Source of the DNA: Desulfobacteraceae bacterium
Lineage (GTDB): Bacteria > Desulfobacterota > DSM-4660 > Desulfatiglandales > HGW-15
Direction of reading: 5' to 3'
Length of the DNA: 45,961 nt
NCBI GenBank assembly: GCA_050115555.1
Contig: JASFQI010000002.1
Coordinates: forward strand, 1 to 45,961
The notes under the pieces are model-generated. The model worked only from the letters and a program-made list of their open reading frames with translations. It did no database searches and was not told the DNA's origin. How positions within the stretch are numbered: the stretch's first letter is position 1; each line of letters begins with the position of its first letter. Shown here in pieces: positions 14,996 to 23,371 of this stretch. A program made the translations under genes and the position numbers.

Positions 14996-15959
14996 TGATG
15001 CGGAACTCCTCTCTTCCAAGCAGGTCGTGGAGGTGGGCCACGCCCTGAATGCGTTGCTGATGGTCCACGATGACCAGGAGGGTAATGGCGTACATCTCCA
15101 TGATGCCGAGGGCCTCGGCCGTGGTCTGTTCCGGATGAACGGTCTTGGGCGTGGTGGACATGACCTGGTCCACGGTCAGGGCGCTGAGGTCGGTATGACG
15201 GGTCATGGCCCTTCGCAGGTCTCCATCCGTAACGATCCCTGCCAGCCGGCCGTCTCCATCCATTACCAGAGTGGCTCCCAGGTTCTTGGCGTCGATTTCC
15301 TCCACGGCCCGAAGGAGTCCGGCTCCGAGAGGCACCGAAGGCACGTGGTCGTCCGTGAGCATGACGTCCTGTACCCTGGTGGAAAGGCGTTCTCCCAGGT
15401 TGCCGCCGGGGTGGAACTTTCGGAAGTCCTGCTGGTTGAAACGGCGGCTGTGAATCAGGACCACGGCCAGCGCATCCCCCATGGCCAGGGTAGCCGTGGT
15501 GCTGGCCGTGGGGGCGAGCCCCATGGGGCAGGCCTCCCGCTCCACACCCACGTCGATGACTACATCGCTGGCCAGGGCCATGGGAGAGTCGAGCCCGCCG
15601 GTCATGGAAATGATGCGGGCGTCCATGTTCTTGAGGATCGGGATCAGGTTGTTGATCTCCGCGGTGTGGCCGCTGTTCGAGATCGCCAGCACGATGTCGT
15701 CCCGGGTCACCATGCCCAGGTCGCCGTGGATCGCCTCTGCAGGGTGGAGAAAGAGGGATGGGGTGCCCGTGCTGTTAAGGGTGGCCGATATCTTACGGGC
15801 CACGAGACCCGATTTCCCCATCCCCGTGAGGATCACCCGCCCCTTGGCCTCGAGAATCATGCGCGCGGCACGCTCGAACTCGGGCCCGATACGGTCGACG
15901 AGGTCCAGGATGGCCTGGGCCTCGATGTTCAGAACCTCTCTTGCCTGTTCTCGGATCAT
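14958..15959 (-). CDS. kdsD: Arabinose-5-phosphate isomerase (KdsD/KpsF/GutQ; SIS + tandem CBS)
   Basis: True start is ATG 15959 (MIREQAREVLNIEAQAI). The remainder of track ORF 14958..17234 is antisense read-through of thrC. Has GRVILTGMGKSG, APTASTTATLAMGDALA and two CBS repeats. Confidence 0.9.
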   Translation of the reverse strand: MIREQAREVLNIEAQAILDLVDRIGPEFERAARMILEAKGRVILTGMGKSGLVARKISATLNSTGTPSLFLHPAEAIHGDLGMVTRDDIVLAISNSGHTAEINNLIPILKNMDARIISMTGGLDSPMALASDVVIDVGVEREACPMGLAPTASTTATLAMGDALAVVLIHSRRFNQQDFRKFHPGGNLGERLSTRVQDVMLTDDHVPSVPLGAGLLRAVEEIDAKNLGATLVMDGDGRLAGIVTDGDLRRAMTRHTDLSALTVDQVMSTTPKTVHPEQTTAEALGIMEMYAITLLVIVDHQQRIQGVAHLHDLLGREEFRINGGFNGPPRPDH

Positions 15960-16133
15960 GAGGGACTCGCGGTGTTTCCTTGCGTTTTTTCGTTTCCTTA
16001 CCACGATCCGGGGCCCTTCACAAGGAGGGAAATGGGGCGGTGCTTTGCGTTGCAATTTGAAGGGATCTGTACTATCCGTGAAAAATAGAATGGGGCATGA
16101 GCCCGCTGCTGCGAAAAAAGGGGATAATGAGCC

Positions 16134-17645
16134 ATGAAGATCGAGGATTTCCCGGAGGACGTTCGATCCGCCCTCCTTCCAGAGCCCACCGGACACATGG
16201 AGTACCGATGCCTGGGCTGCGAACGCACCTTTGAGATCGACCGGCTGCTGTACACATGCCCGGACTGCGGCCGCGTCCTGCTCCTTCACGACCGGAATTT
16301 CGACGCGCTCAAGCGCAGGGACGGACGCCAGTGGCGGCGCATCCTGGACCACCGCCGCATGCTCAATGAGCAGCCTTTGAAGGGAGTGTTTCGTTACTAC
16401 GAGTTCATGGCGCCCGTGATTCCCCTGGATCGGATCGTGTACCTCGGGGAAGGGCATACCCCTGTGGTTCGTGGAAGTCGAACCTTGCGGAGGGAAATCG
16501 GGAACGATTTCTACTTCAAGAACGACGGGCTCAACCCGAGTGCCTCCTTCAAGGACCGGGGCATGGCGTGTGCGTTGAGCTTCCTCAATCACTTCGCCGA
16601 GGAGCAGGGGACCGGAAACATTCTTTCGATCTGCGCCTCCACCGGGGACACATCTGCATCGGCCGCGCTGTATGCGGCCTACCTGTCCGATTTCGTCACC
16701 TCGGCCGTTCTCCTTCCTCATGGCAAGGTGACACCCCAGCAACTGGGCCAGCCGCTCGGCAGCGGCGCCCGCGTCCTGGAGATCCCCGGGGTCTTCGACG
16801 ACTGCATGAAGGTCGTGGAGGCCCTGGCCGAGGACTACCACGTGGCCCTGCTCAACTCCAAGAACAGTTGGCGTATCCTGGGGCAGGAGTCGTTCTCGTT
16901 CGAGATCGCCCAGGACTTCGATTACCAGGTGGGCGACAAGGTCGTGGTCCTGCCCATCGGGAACGCCGGCAACATCACGGCGGTGCTCAGCGGGTTCCTG
17001 AAGTTTTACGAGACCGGTGTGATCACGGCATTGCCCAAGATCGTGGGGGTTCAGTCCGAGCACGCAGACCCGGTGTTTCGATACTACCTGGAAAAGGACC
17101 CGCGTCGCCGCGACTTTGTTCCGGTGAACGTCCGGCCCAGCGTGGCCCAGGCCGCCATGATCGGCAATCCCGTGTCCATGCCCCGGGTGGTCGAAATGGT
17201 GCGTCGGTACGACGAGGCCGCAGGGGACAGGCATGTGTTCGTGGTCCAGGTTCGCGAGCAGGAGATCATGGATGCCATGATCGTGGCCAACCGTAACGGC
17301 AACATCGTCTGCACCCAGGGCGGAGAATCCATGGCCGGGTTTTCAAAGGCCATCGAAGAGGGAATCGTGGGGTCGGATGAGATCGGCGTTCTAGATTCCA
17401 CGGCACACATGCTCAAGTTCCTGGGATTTCAGAACATGTACTTTGAAAACACGTTCGATCCAGGCTATGAGATTACGCCGCGAGCCGACTTGAAAAACAC
17501 CCCCTCCCTGGTGAAGGCCGAGGGAATTTCGCGTTTCCCCGAGCCCGGAAAACCCCTGGAAGGGGACGATCTGGATTGTTTCGTGCGGGAGACCGCCCTG
17601 GAGATCGCCCGGGTCCTGGGGCTCGAGCGCAGGGAACGTCGATAA
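16134..17645 (+). CDS. thrC: Threonine synthase (long form with N-terminal zinc ribbon)
   Basis: 503 aa. CLGC-x14-CPDC ribbon, PLP-lysine motif NPSASFKDRGM and GNAGN loop. Confidence 0.9.
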   Translation: MKIEDFPEDVRSALLPEPTGHMEYRCLGCERTFEIDRLLYTCPDCGRVLLLHDRNFDALKRRDGRQWRRILDHRRMLNEQPLKGVFRYYEFMAPVIPLDRIVYLGEGHTPVVRGSRTLRREIGNDFYFKNDGLNPSASFKDRGMACALSFLNHFAEEQGTGNILSICASTGDTSASAALYAAYLSDFVTSAVLLPHGKVTPQQLGQPLGSGARVLEIPGVFDDCMKVVEALAEDYHVALLNSKNSWRILGQESFSFEIAQDFDYQVGDKVVVLPIGNAGNITAVLSGFLKFYETGVITALPKIVGVQSEHADPVFRYYLEKDPRRRDFVPVNVRPSVAQAAMIGNPVSMPRVVEMVRRYDEAAGDRHVFVVQVREQEIMDAMIVANRNGNIVCTQGGESMAGFSKAIEEGIVGSDEIGVLDSTAHMLKFLGFQNMYFENTFDPGYEITPRADLKNTPSLVKAEGISRFPEPGKPLEGDDLDCFVRETALEIARVLGLERRERR

Positions 17646-17672
17646 TCCCTTTTCTTTCGTCGAGGACCTCCC

Positions 17673-18143
17673 ATTCACATCCTATTTGTCTGCAGCGGGA
17701 ATATCAGTCGAAGCTACCTGGCCGAAGCCTTGTTTCAACAGGCGCTTCAAGACCGTGAACAGGGAAACGTGGAGGTCCGATCCGCCGGGCTCTTCGCCTT
17801 TCCAGGGAACTCGCCCGATGAGGAGATGGCCCGGTTCCTTCTAGAACGAGGTGGAACACCGGGAAATCACCGGGCACGGCTGCTCGGCAGTGAGGATGTG
17901 GTGTGGGCCGACCTCATCCTGGCCATGGAGCACGGGCATACCCTGTCCATTTCGCAGCGTTTTCCCGAGGCCCAGGACAAAACGCACCTGCTGGGCCGGT
18001 TCATCCCCGGCGTAGACCGGCCGGAAGAGATCCCGGACCCTTTCGGCCTCTCCTCGGCTCACTACCGGCATGTGCAGACCCGGATCGTCCTGGCCGTGGA
18101 GGGGCTTCTGAAGGAGGTACTCCAAGGGGATCTGAAGGGGTAA
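17673..18143 (+). CDS. Low-molecular-weight protein-tyrosine phosphatase / ArsC-like phosphatase, predicted non-canonical ATT (or ATC) start
   Basis: The P-loop IHILFVCSGNISRSYLAEALF (C-x5-R-S) is encoded at 17673-17735. That is upstream of the first canonical start (TTG 17730) and downstream of the in-frame thrC TAA (17643). GAGGA at 17662-17666 lies 6 nt before ATT 17673. The DP loop EIPDPFG is present. Confidence 0.7.
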   Translation: MHILFVCSGNISRSYLAEALFQQALQDREQGNVEVRSAGLFAFPGNSPDEEMARFLLERGGTPGNHRARLLGSEDVVWADLILAMEHGHTLSISQRFPEAQDKTHLLGRFIPGVDRPEEIPDPFGLSSAHYRHVQTRIVLAVEGLLKEVLQGDLKG

Positions 18144-18183
18144 GAATGAAAAAGAGACGGTCGACCGGCTCCCTGGGGGCGGG

Positions 18184-18657
18184 ATGCTGAGATTCCGAGT
18201 GATTGTCGTGGACCGCACCCGGTCACCCTTTCTGCGAGAGGGTGAACGTTTCTACCTCGAGCGATTGCGGCGATATGTCAAGACGGAATGGATGGAAGTG
18301 AAGCCCGCCCGAATGACCAAGGGCCGTCCCCCGGAGGAGGCCATGCGGGAGGAAGGGCAGGCCCTGCTGAAACGCATTCGGGAACAGGATTTTTTGGTAC
18401 CGCTGGACCGATCGGGAACCGAGTACGATTCTCTCGAGTTGGCGGATTGGCTCGGGCGGCTCGCCGAGCGCTCGAGCGGGACGGTGTGCTTTCTTGTGGG
18501 AGGGGCCCTGGGGCATTCCAGGGAGGTGCTGAAGGCGTCCGGAAAGGTCCTCTCTCTCTCTCGGCTCACCCTGACTCACGAGATGACACGGCTCGTCCTT
18601 CTGGAACAGCTTTATCGTGCCTGCACGATTCTGGAAGGGGAAAACTACCACAAATGA
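18184..18657 (+). CDS. rlmH: 23S rRNA (pseudouridine1915-N3)-methyltransferase
   Basis: 157 aa SPOUT protein with C-terminal LSLSRLTLTHEMTRLVLLEQLYRA, typical of RlmH. Confidence 0.88.
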   Translation: MLRFRVIVVDRTRSPFLREGERFYLERLRRYVKTEWMEVKPARMTKGRPPEEAMREEGQALLKRIREQDFLVPLDRSGTEYDSLELADWLGRLAERSSGTVCFLVGGALGHSREVLKASGKVLSLSRLTLTHEMTRLVLLEQLYRACTILEGENYHK

Positions 18658-18740
18658 GTAGCCGGGGGGAGATTCTATTGCGCGTGCCGCTCCAGACGCC
18701 GCGAAGAGATCCCAGGGTCATCGCACGCCGCTGAGGAGGG

Positions 18741-19121
18741 CTATTCTTCGTTTTCTGTGGGCTTGGTCCCGGCGTCCAGCGCCATAGCGATCTTGTTTTT
18801 CAGTTCGGTCAGGTCAAACGACTTGATCACGTAAAAGTCCGCGGCAATGGACTTCATGTCTTCCTTAAAGGTGTCATAGGCCGTACACAGGACCACGGGC
18901 AGGTTGTAGAAAGTATTCCGGATGTCCTGTAGAAGATCCAGACCGTTGTAATCCACCATTTTGATGTCCAGGACCACGAGATCCGGCTTTTCTTCCTTGA
19001 TTTTTTCAATCAATCGGTACCCGCTGTCCGCGGTGATGACCTCGTATCCGGCTTCTGTGAGCTCTTCCGAGTAAAGAAAACGGATATGTTCCTCATCATC
19101 CACGATCAGTATTTTGGCCAT
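18741..19121 (-). CDS. Single-domain response regulator (CheY-like)
   Basis: Start at ATG 19121 (MAKILIVDDEEHIR). Has the VVLDIKM phospho-acceptor, LCTAY and VIKSF. Confidence 0.88.
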   Translation of the reverse strand: MAKILIVDDEEHIRFLYSEELTEAGYEVITADSGYRLIEKIKEEKPDLVVLDIKMVDYNGLDLLQDIRNTFYNLPVVLCTAYDTFKEDMKSIAADFYVIKSFDLTELKNKIAMALDAGTKPTENEE

Positions 19122-19323
19122 GATGCTCTCCCGCATTTTCAGGTGAAATCCGGAATAAAGCTATCATAGATTCGATCGACAGGCAAATACTATCTCTGAC
19201 GGTGCGGCGTAAGGATGAGGCAGGACGCTCACCTCCATGTTTCATAAACAACGCATCTTTTGGGTGGATATGGATCCCGGGGGTACATCGCCTTTGGAGG
19301 CGCGACCCCCGGAATTCCATGCC

Positions 19324-20178
<855 letters not shown>

Positions 20179-20301
20179 CTTCAACAACCTCCTTGTGTAT
20201 GAGTGTACGTGACTGTTCTAAGTCTTTCTTTGCTTGCGATTTTGCGCAGGCCGATTTCAGAGCCGTGACTCTGCGAGGAAAGGGCTCCCCGCTTTCACGA
20301 C

Positions 20302-20766
20302 TCACGCATTTTCACCCGGGGAAGAGCCCTTTTCCCGCACGATCATCACCGAGCACGCCGCCTTACGGGCCACCCGCTTGGCCACGCTCCCGAAGAGCAC
20401 CAGCCCCATTCCGGATTCCCCGTACGATCCCGTAATGACCAGATCGATATCCATGTTCGACAGGAACCCAATAATTTCAGAAGAAACGTGCCCGTCCAGG
20501 ATCACCAATTCATGATCCATGCCCGGCCGGATGCGGGACATGTAGTCCTGTTGAAGGCGTTCCTCCAGGTTCAGCAGGAGGGTTTTGCGAGGTTCCTCCG
20601 GAAGCACCCAGGCCTCCTCCGTGACCATGGGGTTGATCACCGGGGGCAGGACGTGTACCACGTAAAGCTTGGCTCGAAAGGCTTCCGCCATGTCCAGGGC
20701 CGTATCAAACGCCTTGGACGCGTTCTCCGAGAAGTCCACACAGCATGCAATCCGATGAAAGGCCAT
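20302..20766 (-). CDS. Universal stress protein (UspA family)
   Basis: 154 aa. Has YVVHV and the ATP-binding GSYGESGMGLVLFGSVAKRV motif. Confidence 0.88.
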   Translation of the reverse strand: MAFHRIACCVDFSENASKAFDTALDMAEAFRAKLYVVHVLPPVINPMVTEEAWVLPEEPRKTLLLNLEERLQQDYMSRIRPGMDHELVILDGHVSSEIIGFLSNMDIDLVITGSYGESGMGLVLFGSVAKRVARKAACSVMIVREKGSSPGENA

Positions 20767-20942
20767 GACATTCCCTCCTTTCCCCCGCAGGTCCTTCTAT
20801 ATCCGGAAGCGGCCTGTTGATCAAGGTCGTTTCCACCTGAAAAGCGAAACCCTCGCATCACGAAGCAAGCGAAGTCAGGGCCGGCCTCCCTATCGACGCC
20901 CCCGCGTCGTGGCGGGTGCGCCGTTCAAGGGGCGCATTCAGG

Positions 20943-21689
20943 CTATTGTCCAGAGGCCACGCTGCCAAAGACATCCTTGAGCAGATCGGTCACGCGGGCG
21001 GCCGGGTCCTGTCGAATTTTCTGTTCCTCCCGTGCGATCATGAAAAAAAGTCCATCCAGGGCCTTTTCCGTGACATGGCGGTCCAGATCCAGGCTTTCAA
21101 AGGTGTCCAGAAACGGCAGGGAGTTCAACTGGGAGGTCAGATTCTGGTACCGGCGTGTGACCTCGACCCGGGCCATGGCATCGTGCACCTCGGGCTTGAA
21201 CACGTCCCGAAGCCGATCGAACGTCTTGTTCCTCAGGTAGGTCGTGGCTGCGTCGTCCGGTCCCTTCAGGATGCCGCGCGCATCATCCAGGGTCATGTCC
21301 TTGACGGCGTCCACGAAGAGACTCGCCGCCTGGGGCGCGGCTTTCTCCGCAGCGCGGTTCATGCTTTCGAGAAAGGCGTCCAGATGGTTGCCATAGCCCG
21401 CGCCCCGCACGATCCGTTCGATTTTGTTGAGACTGTTCGGCAGCGGGATTCGAATGTCGGGATTTCCAAAGTACCCGTCCGTGCGAGAAACCCGATCCAC
21501 TGCATTTCGGGCGCCGATGCGCAGGGCCTCTTTCAGCCCCTGGGCGATTTTTCCCTCGGAGAGGGATTCCGGTTGCACACTCATGCCCAGCCCTTTGAGG
21601 AAATCCCCTATCCCTGCCTCAGACGGTGCGGAAAGGACCAGGGTAATGAGGGCGAAACAAAGGATCAGCCGTATGGTGGGTGTTTTCAT
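20943..21689 (-). CDS. DUF4197-family secreted protein
   Basis: Start at ATG 21689 (MKTPTIRLILCFALITLVLSAPSEA signal peptide) after GGAGGAAGGAG. LKEALRIGARNAVDRVSRTDGYFGNPDIRIPLP matches my recollection of DUF4197. Confidence 0.7.
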   Translation of the reverse strand: MKTPTIRLILCFALITLVLSAPSEAGIGDFLKGLGMSVQPESLSEGKIAQGLKEALRIGARNAVDRVSRTDGYFGNPDIRIPLPNSLNKIERIVRGAGYGNHLDAFLESMNRAAEKAAPQAASLFVDAVKDMTLDDARGILKGPDDAATTYLRNKTFDRLRDVFKPEVHDAMARVEVTRRYQNLTSQLNSLPFLDTFESLDLDRHVTEKALDGLFFMIAREEQKIRQDPAARVTDLLKDVFGSVASGQ

Positions 21690-21840
21690 CTTTTCTCCTT
21701 CCTCCCTCGCGCGTGGGAGATGCAAAGACGGGATGCGGCGCTTGGCGAAATCGGTATACATACGTACGGGCCAAGATATCATGAAAGCATGAAAAAGCGA
21801 AAGGGTTCCTGCCCGGCAGGGACACGTGAGGTATGGTTTC

Positions 21841-21888
21841 ATCGGTATCGGTATCGAAATCGAAATCGGGATCGGGATCGGTATCGAA
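21841..21888. repeat. Tandem hexamer array (ATCGNN) x8
   Basis: ATCGGT ATCGGT ATCGAA ATCGAA ATCGGG ATCGGG ATCGGT ATCGAA. 21865-21880 is the perfect reverse complement of 22058-22073. Confidence 0.85.
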
Positions 21889-22051
21889 GAAGTTGGCCAA
21901 TATGCATGAAGAACCCGTCGATTTCCGCCGTTCTACAGGACCCATTGAATAGTTTGGATCGGTTAAATTATCTATTGCGGTGCTGCTCCGTGGATCAGGC
22001 GGAAGGAATGACAACGTGAAGCAGAATCCACAACCTATGGATGGTGGAAAC

Positions 22052-22097
22052 CGATTTCGATCCCGATCCCGATAGCGATTTGGATAAACCCGATTTC
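22052..22097. repeat. Inverted partner hexamer array (CGATNN) x5 plus degenerate units
   Basis: CGATTT CGATCC CGATCC CGATAG CGATTT GGATAA ACC CGATTT. It lies about 160 nt from the first array, in opposite orientation. Confidence 0.85.
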
Positions 22098-22161
22098 ATC
22101 GTCACGTGGTCACCGCAATGCCATCCAATTCAACTCGTTGGAGCTCAGAGACCAGATACCT

Positions 22162-23367
22162 TCACGGCAAAAACAACAGGGGAAGTCGATCCGCGATCAT
22201 CATGCCTCGGCACGTGGGCACGACACGGGTCCCTTGTCGGGCCACTAGGCCCTGTTGCTCCAGGTCTTGCACGGTCTGGTTTCCGTCGGCGCATGCCGAG
22301 AGGACCCGACCGGGCACGCCCTCGGCGGTTCGAAAGCCCAGGCCGAGGGTTTCCAGGAGGGCCTGTTCCCTGGACAGGACTTCACTTCCTTCGGCCGGGG
22401 ATCGGCCGGAGGAGATCTGCCGGATGTAGGTGTCCAGGGACGAGGGGTTCCACCATCGAACCGGGGCCAGAAAGGAGTGTGCCGCCGGCCCCAGGCCGAG
22501 GTAGGGGGCACGGCGCCAGTACTTCCGGTTGTGCCTCGAGGTGTGCCCTGGAAGGGCGAAGTTGGAGACTTCGTAATGGAGGTAGCCCCGGTCTCGAAGG
22601 ATCTCGGATGTGGCGAGAAAGAGGTCCGCCAGGGTGTCCTCTTCGGGGAGGTGAATCCGTCCCGCACGGTGCTGCTTCCCCAGGGGCGTCTTGGGGCTGA
22701 GGGTCAGCTGATAGCAGGAGATATGGTGCGGACGAAAGCACAGGACACGCTGGAGCGTTTTTTCCCAGGCCCTGGATGTCTGCCCGGGGATGCCGTAGAT
22801 CAGGTCCACGCTCACGCTTGAAAATCCGGCGTTCAGAATGTCGGCCAGGGCCTGCTCCGCCCGGTATGCGGTGTGTCGGCGGCCCAGAAATCGCAATGTG
22901 GTGTCCTCCAGGGCCTGGATCCCCAGGCTGATGCGCCGGATACCCACGTCCAGGTAAGCGGTAAGTCGACCGGGGGAAAGGTCGTCCGGGTTGGCCTCCA
23001 GTGTGATCTCAGGGCTGGGGGAAAACGCGAGCTCCCGAAAGAGACCCTGGAGCAACCGTTCTAGCTCCCGTAGACCCAGGAGAGACGGTGTTCCACCGCC
23101 AAGGTACAGGGTGTCGAAACGAGGGAACTGGCCCCGAAACAGGTGGGCTTCGGCCTGCACGGCCTCGATCCATGCCGGGATGCGCGTTCTCTCGGGAAGC
23201 GAGTAGAAATCACAGTAGGCGCACTTACCCGCACAGAAAGGGACGTGGACATAAAGCCCGGGTGCCGGGTCCCGGAGCGCGGCATGCTTCGAGCAGGGCG
23301 GTTTCACGGGCTCGAATGCGGTGGTGCCGCGGGACGGGGCAGGGGAAAGGGCTTTGCAGGGGGGCAT
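22162..23367 (-). CDS. hemW: Radical SAM heme chaperone HemW (HemN-like, oxygen-independent coproporphyrinogen oxidase family)
   Basis: Has the YVHVPFCAGKCAYCDF radical-SAM cluster motif. ATG 23367 lies 4 nt after the lepA stop (the track start 23403 would overlap lepA). Confidence 0.85.
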   Translation of the reverse strand: MPPCKALSPAPSRGTTAFEPVKPPCSKHAALRDPAPGLYVHVPFCAGKCAYCDFYSLPERTRIPAWIEAVQAEAHLFRGQFPRFDTLYLGGGTPSLLGLRELERLLQGLFRELAFSPSPEITLEANPDDLSPGRLTAYLDVGIRRISLGIQALEDTTLRFLGRRHTAYRAEQALADILNAGFSSVSVDLIYGIPGQTSRAWEKTLQRVLCFRPHHISCYQLTLSPKTPLGKQHRAGRIHLPEEDTLADLFLATSEILRDRGYLHYEVSNFALPGHTSRHNRKYWRRAPYLGLGPAAHSFLAPVRWWNPSSLDTYIRQISSGRSPAEGSEVLSREQALLETLGLGFRTAEGVPGRVLSACADGNQTVQDLEQQGLVARQGTRVVPTCRGMMIADRLPLLFLP

Positions 23368-23371
23368 TGCG

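Noticed and set aside
15960-17234. The upstream 425 codons of track ORF 14958..17234 (758 aa)
   Set aside because: Only the last 334 codons (from ATG 15959) are KdsD. The rest is the antisense frame of thrC plus the intergenic region, with no protein-like features.
22039-22052. tRNA/tmRNA-like 3' end (GGUUUCCACCA on the minus strand), and a GGTTCAATCC T-loop-like string near 45140
   Set aside because: There is no complementary T-stem or acceptor 5' strand in either case. No tRNA cloverleaf can be drawn.
21841-22097. Replication origin. Clustered GATC sites plus DnaA-box-like strings (TTATCCAAA on the minus strand at ~22081-22089, AATCCACAA at 22025-22033).
   Set aside because: Only two imperfect boxes. 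There is no AT-rich unwinding element and no dnaA/dnaN/gidA-type neighbours. The GATC sites are a by-product of the CGAT hexamer repeat.
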